Shown: positions 1 to 8,982 of the stretch, one piece after another
Layout: every line of letters starts with the position of its first letter
Numbering within the stretch: the first letter of the stretch is position 1
Origin: a virus
Lineage: Duplodnaviria; Heunggongvirae; Uroviricota; Caudoviricetes
Strand: one strand, 5' to 3'
DNA length: 46,119 nucleotides
Virus record (IMG/VR): IMGVR_UViG_3300037087_000772
Coordinates: 64,001 to 110,119 of that record
Position numbers and translations under genes: made by a program
Notes under the pieces: model-generated
The model's input: the letters and a program-made list of their open reading frames with translations, nothing else
The model's database searches: none
Told to the model about the DNA's origin: nothing

Positions 1-441
1 TGCCACTCCCTCAATCATATTATCCAATAATGATTCAAAATAAAGCTCATATTTTTTTAAATTTTTCCTTTTTATTTGCTGAAGTTTATTTTTAAGTACA
101 TTTTCTAAGGCGGATTTAATTTCCGATTTATCTGATGTTTTTATAATATAAGATGATACCCCGGCCCCAAACATTTTATTTTTCCAAATCACTGAATCTT
201 CACAAGTAAAGATAGCAATTGGAATATCTGGATATGCATCTTTTAGGATTTCTGTATTTTCAACTGGATCAGTTTCGTTCAACAACAAATCTAATATAAT
301 AATATCAAATTTTGATGAATCTAAATTTAATGCCCCCTCAAGGGTTAATGATGAAAACACAATTTCAGCAAAATCTTTTGTTAGAGTTTTAATACCAGAG
401 ATCGTAACTGGATGGTCATCTATAACTAATAATCTTATCAT
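1..441 (-). CDS. Response-regulator receiver (CheY-like/NarL-type) domain protein, truncated at window edge
   Basis: Hand-translated, absent from ORF track: MIRLLVIDDHPVTISGIK...FDIIILDLLL...IAIFTCED...GVSSYIIKT; DD, phospho-acceptor D, T and K present; open to base 1. Confidence 0.8.
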   Translation of the reverse strand, partial: MIRLLVIDDHPVTISGIKTLTKDFAEIVFSSLTLEGALNLDSSKFDIIILDLLLNETDPVENTEILKDAYPDIPIAIFTCEDSVIWKNKMFGAGVSSYIIKTSDKSEIKSALENVLKNKLQQIKRKNLKKYELYFESLLDNMIEGVA

Positions 442-497
442 TTTTAATATGAACCCACTTTTTCAAATATATATAAAAAAAGCAATCCAATAATTTT

Positions 498-1232
498 ATG
501 AATTTGGTTGGAATAGACATATCGGTTAATAGTACTGGATTATCAATACTTAGAAATGATGAAATAATTTTATTTAATTTCACCACCACCAAAAAGAGTT
601 ATGTGTGGATTAAAAAAACTTTAGAACATATAGATTTCGAGTTTATTAATTACACTCATCCAGATATAAAGAATTATAGTGAGAAAGAAATAATAAAACT
701 GAGAGAATTCGACAAAGTATCTGATATGATTTTCAATAAAGTATATGGTAATATTGATAAGAGTAAAAAGACTTATATATGTATTGAAGGTTATAATTAT
801 GGATTGAAAAATACTAATTCAATCATCGATATTGTTACTTTAACCACAATGATTCGTAAGAAATTATATGATGGAATTCCTAATCTTGAACAAATTCTCA
901 TTTTGGCACCAACTTCTATAAAAAGTAAAACCTGTGAGATGGTATATGGGTCAACAACAGTTGAAAAAGTTAATAAAAAAGGAATTAAAAAAGTAACCAA
1001 AACTATAAATAAAAGTCCTGATAATATAACAGGTGGAAAATTTGAAAAACATGATATGTTGAAAGCCATCATTGATTTCGACATTGATATTAAATTGACC
1101 AGTTTCTTAAAAGAAAATAAAGATGAATTATTATCCCATAAGAACATACCAAAACCGTTTGATGATATAATTGATTCTCTATTTATTTTATTAATATTGA
1201 AAGATATCATCAAACAGAAAACAATTTTGTGA
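498..1232 (+). CDS. RuvC-like (RNase H fold) Holliday junction resolvase/nuclease
   Basis: LVGIDISVNSTG, YICIEGY and C-terminal DDIIDS acidic motifs. Confidence 0.65.
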   Translation: MNLVGIDISVNSTGLSILRNDEIILFNFTTTKKSYVWIKKTLEHIDFEFINYTHPDIKNYSEKEIIKLREFDKVSDMIFNKVYGNIDKSKKTYICIEGYNYGLKNTNSIIDIVTLTTMIRKKLYDGIPNLEQILILAPTSIKSKTCEMVYGSTTVEKVNKKGIKKVTKTINKSPDNITGGKFEKHDMLKAIIDFDIDIKLTSFLKENKDELLSHKNIPKPFDDIIDSLFILLILKDIIKQKTIL

Positions 1233-1272
1233 TTTTAATATATAACCCCATAGAAAAATTATTCACTATTAA

Positions 1273-2235
1273 ATGTTTGATGCTTATGATTCTTATAATA
1301 ACTTAACTGATATTGCTTTCATTCCAAGATACAATTGGAAATTGAATGAAAGTACCAATATAATTACGGAAGCCCAAATGAATAAAGATTTAGTACCGGG
1401 TTTTCCCATCAATAAATTGATGAAATTCACTCCTCAAATGGATAATAAATTAGAACCATTACTTATTAAGGCAATTCAATATGGAATGGCATTAACAATA
1501 AGTTACAGGGGAGATAAGGATAAATGGCGTGGTGGTCGTATTCGTACCATCTATCCAATGGCCCTTGGTGTGAATCATAATACAAAGAATAAATTATTAA
1601 GAACTTTTCATGTCGAGGGATGGTCTGTTCATAAAAGAAAAGAAGTTAATGACGAATGGAGATTAATGAAAACTATGAACATAATGTCAATAATGTTCAC
1701 TGGAAATTTCTATCGAATGGCTCCAGCTGGTTATCGTCTTAATGATAGAGCTATGACAGAACGAATGATTTGTCAGGCTGATTTTTCAACTATTAGAAGA
1801 AATCAACAAACCCTTATTAATGAGAAAAAAATTGAGAAGGTTGTTGAAACCGAACCAAAGAAAGTTCAAATCTCTAATCTAAATAAAACTTTAAATCTCA
1901 AAAAACCATTCGAAGGATTTGATAAAAAGGATCTCGAAAAACTTGAAATCACTATTTTAAAATCCATATTATCCAAACCAGAAAATAATTATGTTGCTAT
2001 TGTAGGGGTCAGAGGAATTAAAGATCATAGAACCAGATTATTCACAAAAGAAAGTGGTGGAACAAGAGAAATGGGTAATTATTTAGTTCTTAGATATTTA
2101 ACAAAATCATCATCAAATAATACTAATTTGATAGAAACTTCTGTTCAAGCTCAAGATCAAGTTGAAAGACCATGTTATAATGTGGATGGAAAAACAGAAT
2201 TTCCATTATTCAAATTTGATGGATTTATAAAATAA
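1273..2235 (+). CDS. Protein with WYL-like domain
   Basis: LTISYRG...RIRTIYPMALG...LLRTFH...WRLMKTMNIMSI pattern. Confidence 0.5.
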   Translation: MFDAYDSYNNLTDIAFIPRYNWKLNESTNIITEAQMNKDLVPGFPINKLMKFTPQMDNKLEPLLIKAIQYGMALTISYRGDKDKWRGGRIRTIYPMALGVNHNTKNKLLRTFHVEGWSVHKRKEVNDEWRLMKTMNIMSIMFTGNFYRMAPAGYRLNDRAMTERMICQADFSTIRRNQQTLINEKKIEKVVETEPKKVQISNLNKTLNLKKPFEGFDKKDLEKLEITILKSILSKPENNYVAIVGVRGIKDHRTRLFTKESGGTREMGNYLVLRYLTKSSSNNTNLIETSVQAQDQVERPCYNVDGKTEFPLFKFDGFIK

Positions 2236-2277
2236 ACTTCTATTTTTTAACTTAATATATTAAAATAAAAACCAATT

Positions 2278-2604
2278 ATGATAAATTTACATTTTTTAAA
2301 CAAAAAGGAATTTTTTGTAGATGAAAATAATGTGCTAATAACAGAAGAAAGAGAGAAAGAATATAAATCAAAAGGGGAAAATCCCCTTGTTAGTCATATC
2401 TTTATGGGTTCATATAAATGTGATACTGTGATAGATCTTCTCAAACTTATACAAAATATTTGTGTAGATGAATTTAAAGATGTTTATATTTACGATCAAT
2501 CTACATTGGAAAATTTCTATTTTGCCACAAGAGATGATCTTTCTGGTTATGAAAATCTTATCAATAAAGAACGATCAAATAGATTAAAAGAAATATTAAA
2601 ATAA
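2278..2604 (+). CDS. Hypothetical protein
   Basis: 108 aa ORF with AAACTT-N16-TATAT upstream. Confidence 0.55.
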   Translation: MINLHFLNKKEFFVDENNVLITEEREKEYKSKGENPLVSHIFMGSYKCDTVIDLLKLIQNICVDEFKDVYIYDQSTLENFYFATRDDLSGYENLINKERSNRLKEILK

Positions 2605-2856
2605 TTATTTTATACGGGTAATTTTATAAGTTCTTTGGATATATTCATCTCCAATCTCAGCAAATTCTCCCCAATCAGTAATAGTTTCATCCCATTTATC
2701 ATCCAGAACGGTTTCATCTTTCAATTTTTCTTCTAATTCGGGTAATTCTTCCAAAGAATATTCATCGGTATATCCACGACCAGTTAAATCTTTTAAGAGA
2801 AATAATTTTTCTCCATCAATATCTTCATTTATAAAATCTTTATATCTCTTAATCAT
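2605..2856 (-). CDS. Small acidic protein with N-terminal CTS-like motif
   Basis: Begins MIKRYKDFINE. Confidence 0.6.
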   Translation of the reverse strand: MIKRYKDFINEDIDGEKLFLLKDLTGRGYTDEYSLEELPELEEKLKDETVLDDKWDETITDWGEFAEIGDEYIQRTYKITRIK

Positions 2857-2872
2857 TTTAATTATGTTATTT

Positions 2873-3559
2873 TTACAAATTTACACTGAGATAGCCATGT
2901 CCATATCCAACCTTTTTATTCCAATTTTCAATAGCTTTTCTGGCCTGTTCTTTAATTTTTGAATTTGTTAATAAATTCCTTCCCTCGTTTGTTATTGATC
3001 TGTTTTTTGCTAATAATCCTTTTTTAATTAATCTATCATAAAATTCATCTTGTAATTTTGGTCGTGCAAATGATTTCAAACTTTTTGAGGCGATTAAGAT
3101 TATCAATTCTTCATCAGTTATATCCTCAGATTTCGATGTATCTGGTAGCATCAATTCGGATTTTGGTCCAGTATGAATTATAACTCTTTGTGGATAAGAA
3201 CCATAAACAACAAGTATCATTCCCTCTGGAATTTCAAGAGTTCCACTTTTTTTCTGACCTTCAATATAACCTTGTGGTGAATCAGATTCCCATCCACTTC
3301 TTGTGACAATATTTCCAACGGGAACTGCATTATTATTGGTAAGTCTAAAAAATTGATAAGTTTCACGATCAGCATCATGCCACGGCATACCAATTGTTAC
3401 AGGCTTTCCAGATTGATCCAATCTATATTGTTGAATGTTCTTACCTGATATTTCTTTAGCCCAGTCACGAATTCCGTCTGGAATATTTTTTACCGATAAA
3501 AAAATATCACTTGAATAACTTTCCTTAATAAATTCGATAAAAGATTTTAAATTTTTCAT
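2873..3559 (-). CDS. Hypothetical protein with CTS-like motif
   Basis: Start reassigned to MKNLKSFIEFIKE (ATG 3559), just after stop of the upstream gene. Confidence 0.6.
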   Translation of the reverse strand: MKNLKSFIEFIKESYSSDIFLSVKNIPDGIRDWAKEISGKNIQQYRLDQSGKPVTIGMPWHDADRETYQFFRLTNNNAVPVGNIVTRSGWESDSPQGYIEGQKKSGTLEIPEGMILVVYGSYPQRVIIHTGPKSELMLPDTSKSEDITDEELIILIASKSLKSFARPKLQDEFYDRLIKKGLLAKNRSITNEGRNLLTNSKIKEQARKAIENWNKKVGYGHGYLSVNL

Positions 3560-3563
3560 TTTT

Positions 3564-4574
3564 TCATTCCTCTTTTTTCTTTTCATTTGCTGGTTTGAAT
3601 CTCCATTTAAACCAATAATAATTGTTTTTCTCGATGTAATAGGTTTTATCTTTTATTTTTAACACAATGAAAGGATCATTATTTTGATCTTCGTTGTGTC
3701 CTAAGACTTCAACTATTTTCCCTTCTTTTAAAAAGAATTGTCTACCCATTTCATCTCGAACAGGATTATTGTCCTTCAAATTTATATAAAGAGCTGATTC
3801 TGGTTTAAACCATTTAACCAATTTTTTATACAAATAATTGTTCAATTTTAAAAAATACTCTCTATCAATATAAGGATAACGAGATTCATTCAATAATTCA
3901 GGACAGGTTAAGGCTGGTGGTTTATTCAAACCATTAAAATTTTTAAAAGCTCCGAAAAATTCTTCTTCATTAAATTCAAAAGACAGATAAACATCAAGTT
4001 TTAAAGATTCATTCTGAACCATCCTTAATATCTTCATATTTTTATAATTAACACTATCTTCAAGGAATATATCACTTCTTTTATTGAACCTCGGATCATT
4101 GAATAAATCTTTGGCCATTTTCTGAGACATCTGCATTAATTTATTAGAAGTTCCGGCTGAACGAGCATATTGATCAACATACGGTCTATTATCATCACTA
4201 TAAATAGATAAACTTGGATCTTGAGCAAATCCATAACCCGGACCAAATGGTGTTTGAACTTCTCCACCCATTAAGTATTGATTGAACTCAGATGATTCTA
4301 CTATAATAAAATCCATAAAATCTTCAAATTTTGTAATCATTTGTTCATCTATTTTTTCGAATTGAATCTGTTGATCTTTTAATTTTCCAAGTTGTGTAAG
4401 ATTAACGGTCTCAATATCACCAATTTTCTCCGCACTTCTCATATAACACAATCTTTTTAAAATAATAGACAATTGTTTCTTCTTAGCTTCTTCTGATTGT
4501 GGTGAACCAATACCACCACCATCCCATCCATTAGGATATCCTGTAATCTTTATTTTAAATGTTGTCTTACCCAT
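3564..4574 (-). CDS. Hypothetical phage protein with internal CTS-like motif
   Basis: Start reassigned to MGKTTF below a TATATA element; internal MITKFEDFMDFIIVE at 4340. Confidence 0.55.
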   Translation of the reverse strand: MGKTTFKIKITGYPNGWDGGGIGSPQSEEAKKKQLSIILKRLCYMRSAEKIGDIETVNLTQLGKLKDQQIQFEKIDEQMITKFEDFMDFIIVESSEFNQYLMGGEVQTPFGPGYGFAQDPSLSIYSDDNRPYVDQYARSAGTSNKLMQMSQKMAKDLFNDPRFNKRSDIFLEDSVNYKNMKILRMVQNESLKLDVYLSFEFNEEEFFGAFKNFNGLNKPPALTCPELLNESRYPYIDREYFLKLNNYLYKKLVKWFKPESALYINLKDNNPVRDEMGRQFFLKEGKIVEVLGHNEDQNNDPFIVLKIKDKTYYIEKNNYYWFKWRFKPANEKKKEE

Positions 4575-4643
4575 AATTTTCTTTATATATAAATTTTGTA
4601 TTTTCACTTTTTAATATATACTAAAAATAAAACAAGTCAACAA

Positions 4644-6533
4644 ATGATACAACTCAATAATTTAACACCATTTGAAGAATTCAAAAAAATGTATGAGGCT
4701 GTTAATCTTGGAACTGAGTTCAGTAATACAACAGGTCTAAAAGAATCTCTCCTTGGTAGAGGTATATTTGGTTTATTCAGAATGATTAAAAAAGGAATAA
4801 ACGCCGTAAGATTAGAATATTTTAAAAGAAGATTAGAAAATGAATATTTGGCCGGATTATTGAGATATTGTAAAACCAACAATATAGATTTAAAAAATCC
4901 ACAAGCACTGAGTGACGAGGGAAAGAATGTTGCTAAACAATCATCGGAAGTAGAACAACAGAGAGATCAGGAAATGAAAGAACTTTTAAATGATATTTTA
5001 TCTATCAAATTCGACACTCCAGATTATAAAAAGATTTTAACCGAAACAAAAAATGAAATTAACAAAAATATCACTGAAATTACATCATCTGGATATAAAT
5101 TAGATCAAAGTGATCAAGATTTAATTGAACAATTTAAAAAAGTAAATGAATTAATAGATAGTATTACAATTATTTGTGATAATTTTATATCCTTAAAAAC
5201 AGAATATAAAGAAGAACATATTACAAATATTATCAATTCAGTAAAGAAAATGAAAGTAGATGGATTGAATTACACGGCTTCTGGAAGTGAAAAAGCCCTA
5301 TTAGACACTCACAAAGCAGAACAAGCTGTTCAGAATTTATTGTCTGAATTAAATGCTGTTACTAAAACAACTGAAAGTATTCTTAATGAAAAAGTAGGGA
5401 ATAGTCCAGTTGGTATTGATTTTATTCTTGGTGATGAATTATCAACAGAGGGTGTTGGGGAATTTTTAAACAAACAAGGTGTTAATAATGTTAATGATAT
5501 AAATTTTGTACAGTTATCTAAAGTTTTTAATGATAAAATGAAAGAAAATGCCACTAAGCATGTGAATCAAAACGCCATTATGAGAGTTCAACATGGTGTT
5601 TCAGCTATAATATATCATAAAACTACAACCCCAGATGATAGAGGTATGAATCCGGGAACAGGTGGTGGGATAGATACAGCTCAACCAACTGCACTTTATA
5701 AACCATGGCAAATAAAAGTTCAAAAAATATTGGGAGAATTTAGTCCATTTTTAAATGTTACAGCGATTGATCCATTCAAATTAAATATGTCAAATTATAA
5801 TTTAAGTGAAGATCCCGGAAGTAAGAAACTTAAATCTGAAGATGAAAAGACAAAAGAGATGGATAGATTGTTCAAAATTTCAAAACTTGGACCAACAGTT
5901 GGTATTACCGAAGATTTGAAAAAATTCGGAATGATAAGATTATTTAGATCTGGTAAATTTTATGGACCTGTTTTTAAATTAGAAGAAACAAAAGGTCAAA
6001 GAGTTTACGAATATGTGGGGAGTGTGAACATAGATAATATTAATAAGGATTTAGAAACACTTAAAAAATTAGATGATCCTAATACACAAAAATATGAAAC
6101 TCCATTTGGATCTAAAACAAAAAACGGTCTTGTTCCTGAATTTTTATCAAAAATAATACATGAAAAACAGACAATGAACTCGAAAGATTTAGTCGGGGTT
6201 TATTTTATTTTTGAAAACATTATTTCTTCACCATCAAGTGGTGAACATAGAACAAATAAAGCTCGAATTTTCTTCCTTTATTTCAAACATGGTGCCGGAA
6301 AAACATTTACCAGTACAAATATTCCAGAATTTGAAATATATGGTTTAAATAAAGATGGAAGTAATATGATAAAAATTGATTTGACAAAATTAAATTCAAT
6401 TGAGCCATTTGAGGTCGGTGTGGGTCAAACTTTTGAATTTTCCGATGAATGTCCACTTAAAAAAGATTTCTCAACACAAATAAATAATGTTGGTGTAAAA
6501 TTCCTTGACTTATCAGGAGTTAGTTATAAATAA
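4644..6533 (+). CDS. Large hypothetical protein, possible virion protein
   Basis: Start MIQLNNLTPFEEFKKMYE after TTAATATATA (4611-4620); about 630 aa. Confidence 0.6.
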   Translation: MIQLNNLTPFEEFKKMYEAVNLGTEFSNTTGLKESLLGRGIFGLFRMIKKGINAVRLEYFKRRLENEYLAGLLRYCKTNNIDLKNPQALSDEGKNVAKQSSEVEQQRDQEMKELLNDILSIKFDTPDYKKILTETKNEINKNITEITSSGYKLDQSDQDLIEQFKKVNELIDSITIICDNFISLKTEYKEEHITNIINSVKKMKVDGLNYTASGSEKALLDTHKAEQAVQNLLSELNAVTKTTESILNEKVGNSPVGIDFILGDELSTEGVGEFLNKQGVNNVNDINFVQLSKVFNDKMKENATKHVNQNAIMRVQHGVSAIIYHKTTTPDDRGMNPGTGGGIDTAQPTALYKPWQIKVQKILGEFSPFLNVTAIDPFKLNMSNYNLSEDPGSKKLKSEDEKTKEMDRLFKISKLGPTVGITEDLKKFGMIRLFRSGKFYGPVFKLEETKGQRVYEYVGSVNIDNINKDLETLKKLDDPNTQKYETPFGSKTKNGLVPEFLSKIIHEKQTMNSKDLVGVYFIFENIISSPSSGEHRTNKARIFFLYFKHGAGKTFTSTNIPEFEIYGLNKDGSNMIKIDLTKLNSIEPFEVGVGQTFEFSDECPLKKDFSTQINNVGVKFLDLSGVSYK

Positions 6534-6536
6534 ATA

Positions 6537-7028
6537 ATGATAAATATGATATTAGATTATGACAATTTTTTAAACGAGATAAACACTAATCAACAACCAG
6601 TAGCAGCTAAACCAGCACCAGTTGCCAAACCAGCCACACCAGTTGTTGCTAAACCTGTGTCGACTACTAAACCAGTTGTTGCTAAACCTGTTTCTAAATC
6701 CGTAGAACAACCTAAACCCGTAGAACAACCTAAACCCGTAGAACAACCTAAACCCGTAGAACAACCTAAACCAGTTTCGAAACCTGTAAATCAACCTAAA
6801 CCTGTCACATCCAATCAACAACCGAAACCGACTATAAATAATACAGCTGACGTAGAAAAAAAGATTTTAACACATATAACGAACTTATTCGATACCATTA
6901 AAAAGAAAATATCTGGGAAAAAAGAACCCACAACTCCTGAACAAACTAAGGAACAACCAAAAGAGCAACCGACTGAACAAACTAAACAACAACCAACTGA
7001 ACAAAAACAAGAAACACCAATATTATGA
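6537..7028 (+). CDS. Pro/Gln/Lys-rich low-complexity protein with CTS-like motif
   Basis: MILDYDNFLNE followed by PVAKP, PVEQPK and EQPK/EQTK repeats. Confidence 0.6.
   Translation: MINMILDYDNFLNEINTNQQPVAAKPAPVAKPATPVVAKPVSTTKPVVAKPVSKSVEQPKPVEQPKPVEQPKPVEQPKPVSKPVNQPKPVTSNQQPKPTINNTADVEKKILTHITNLFDTIKKKISGKKEPTTPEQTKEQPKEQPTEQTKQQPTEQKQETPIL
6700..6772 (+). repeat. Coding 18-bp tandem repeat, 4 exact copies (PVEQPK)
   Basis: ccgtagaacaacctaaac starting at 6700, 6718, 6736, 6754. Confidence 0.95.
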
Positions 7029-7408
7029 TAACGAAATTTCAAGATTTTCTCAATGAGGATAATGATATTCAAAAAAGAATATTGGATAGAATAAATAGGG
7101 AATTTGATAAGATAAGGTCAAAAATGCCACCAAGAGAAGAACAATCAAGTCCACCAGAAAAGATAGAACCTGAGAAAAATAAAGAGGGGAAAAAGGTCTC
7201 AAAAGCAAAAGAACCAAAACTCAAACCAGAAGAATCAAGATTTGATGATAAAAGATTAGATGATGCCTTTATTGCCCTGAAAGCTATGGGATATACCGAA
7301 AAGGCAATTATTGAATTTTTGAATAGGATAGAATTAGAAACGACTGATACAGCCGATAGTATTGTTGAGTATGGTGTTAGTAACGCTAAAAAGGTTCATT
7401 TATTCTAA
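7025..7408 (+). CDS. CTS-motif protein with RuvA domain III-like C-terminus
   Basis: MITKFQDFLNE; C-terminal LDDAFIALKAMGYTEKAIIEFL...DSIVEYGV. Confidence 0.55.
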   Translation: MITKFQDFLNEDNDIQKRILDRINREFDKIRSKMPPREEQSSPPEKIEPEKNKEGKKVSKAKEPKLKPEESRFDDKRLDDAFIALKAMGYTEKAIIEFLNRIELETTDTADSIVEYGVSNAKKVHLF

Positions 7409-7409
7409 A

Positions 7410-7445
7410 AATTTTTTTATTTCAATAAACTTTCGTACCTTTGTA
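7410..7445 (+). promoter_or_regulatory. Bacteroidota primary-sigma-type promoter (-7 TAnnTTTG)
   Basis: AATTTTTTTATTTC-N9-TCGTACCTTTGTA; same layout at 28052-28087 and 30132-30167. Confidence 0.65.
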
Positions 7446-7465
7446 TGATATTTTTTCATAATATA

Positions 7466-7720
7466 ATGAACTCAGAATTAAAAAGAAGGTTTTTCCTTCA
7501 GAAAATTGAAGATTTCAAATCAGATAATTGTCAACCATATCCGACAGTTATTTGTGAAATGGAGCGATCTAATATTATTGAAATAATAAGAAAAAATGTT
7601 CTTTTTTCAACTATAATGAAACCGTGTACTTCATCTAATTTTAATCCAGAAGTAAAAGAAGTATTAGGAAAAGCATCAAATGACTTTGGTGATTTATATA
7701 TTTTAGTATATCCGAATTAA
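7466..7720 (+). CDS. Hypothetical protein
   Basis: Start moved to MNSELK because ATG 7445 abuts the -7 element. Confidence 0.45.
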   Translation: MNSELKRRFFLQKIEDFKSDNCQPYPTVICEMERSNIIEIIRKNVLFSTIMKPCTSSNFNPEVKEVLGKASNDFGDLYILVYPN

Positions 7721-8454
7721 TCCTCAAATTTTTCGATCCCAATTACATTGTATTTTCCATCCTCTTTCAGAGTAATTTCATTTTCATCTGGAAAATATAA
7801 GTTATTTATAATAGTTTCATTTACATCTATTTGATCTTTTGTTGTTTCTATTTCAACAATGAATCCGTTGTGATCTTCATTCGCCATTATTGAATTCAGA
7901 AAATCATGATCTATATCTCCTTTTCTTGTAACATAATGTACACCCAATTGATGCTGTTTAATTTTACTTTCATCTTCCACATCAAGATATCTGAATAAGT
8001 GTAACTGACTTGGAATATTCTTGAATCCTATTGGATAATTTAATTCTGTTTTATCCAAACAATTCTGAATACTTTGTTCGGCTGTCCAACCCACTTGACT
8101 ACTATCGGTTAAAGTTGCCATTATTTTTTCCAAATCCAGTTTGGTTATATTACCGAAAGATTTTACAGTATGTTTTTTTGGTTCTTTTAACAATATAGGA
8201 ACATCACTTTTTTTGATTATGAAATCATATTCAAAATAATCGAATTTTCTATATTTTATCTTATTCAGTTTGAATTTGGTTCTCAATATTCCGGCATTTT
8301 CCCTACCATTTGTGAATATCAAAACTTCATCATTCTTTAATCTATTTAAATATTTTCCCCAATTCTTTTTTACATCACTATAAGAATAAATAGTAAATCC
8401 ATCTTTCTCTTTTGCTTCATTAATAAAATTTTCAAATAGTAATAAATATTTCAT
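7717..8454 (-). CDS. CTS-motif protein with C-terminal ADP-ribosyltransferase-like fold
   Basis: MKYLLLFENFINE; LFRYL...LGVHYVT...PDENEITL resembling ART R / beta2 / E-x-E elements. Confidence 0.5.
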   Translation of the reverse strand: MKYLLLFENFINEAKEKDGFTIYSYSDVKKNWGKYLNRLKNDEVLIFTNGRENAGILRTKFKLNKIKYRKFDYFEYDFIIKKSDVPILLKEPKKHTVKSFGNITKLDLEKIMATLTDSSQVGWTAEQSIQNCLDKTELNYPIGFKNIPSQLHLFRYLDVEDESKIKQHQLGVHYVTRKGDIDHDFLNSIMANEDHNGFIVEIETTKDQIDVNETIINNLYFPDENEITLKEDGKYNVIGIEKFED

Positions 8455-8458
8455 GATG

Positions 8459-8496
8459 ATATATATTAAAAGTGGTTTGTGAAATTAATATATAAC
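8459..8496. promoter_or_regulatory. Divergent pair of TAATATATA elements (putative late promoters)
   Basis: ATATATATTAAA and TTAATATATAAC between divergent genes starting 8454 and 8515; same layout at 4583-4620, 33541-33580, 36245-36282. Confidence 0.55.
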
Positions 8497-8514
8497 GAAA
8501 AACAATTCTTTCTC

Positions 8515-8937
8515 ATGAAAAATCTAAAAACATTCATTGAATTTATAAATGAAGCTGATGCGAAAACTGCTTTAAATGTAATAGGTAGTAAAGAACAGCA
8601 GAAAACAGATGTCAATCAAGATAGAAAAACTCCTGAGGGTGAGAAAGAACAAAAATTTCAACAGAAAACTAAAAATCAGGCACTCACCAGAACAGATGAA
8701 TTAGAAAAAGCAGCTAAAGACATTGATACCAGACAACAGACAGCCAACAAAAGAATGGATGATATAACATTAAAACAAGATTTATTACCAGATGATCCAA
8801 ATAAAAGGAAAGAGTTTTTAGATTCCACAAAGAATGATCTAAAAGATGTTGAGGGAGAACTTAATAACGCGGAACAACAAAGAAAATCACTTCAAAAACA
8901 AAAAGATAGGATCAAAAATAACTTTTTAAAGAAGTAA
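8515..8937 (+). CDS. Coiled-coil protein with CTS-like motif
   Basis: Start MKNLKTFIEFINE (ATG 8515); charged helical C-terminus. Confidence 0.6.
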   Translation: MKNLKTFIEFINEADAKTALNVIGSKEQQKTDVNQDRKTPEGEKEQKFQQKTKNQALTRTDELEKAAKDIDTRQQTANKRMDDITLKQDLLPDDPNKRKEFLDSTKNDLKDVEGELNNAEQQRKSLQKQKDRIKNNFLKK

Positions 8938-8982
8938 GTTCTACTACATTTAATATATAACTAAAAACACCCCATCTAATTA

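Noticed and set aside
797-1213. Antisense ORF inside the RuvC-like gene, and similar shadows (4637, 5330, 23457-25061, 29258-30078, 34765-35247, 45448)
   Set aside because: Fully overlap better-supported genes on the opposite strand.
6700-6772. 18-bp repeats as CRISPR or origin iterons
   Set aside because: In frame within a CDS, encoding PVEQPK.
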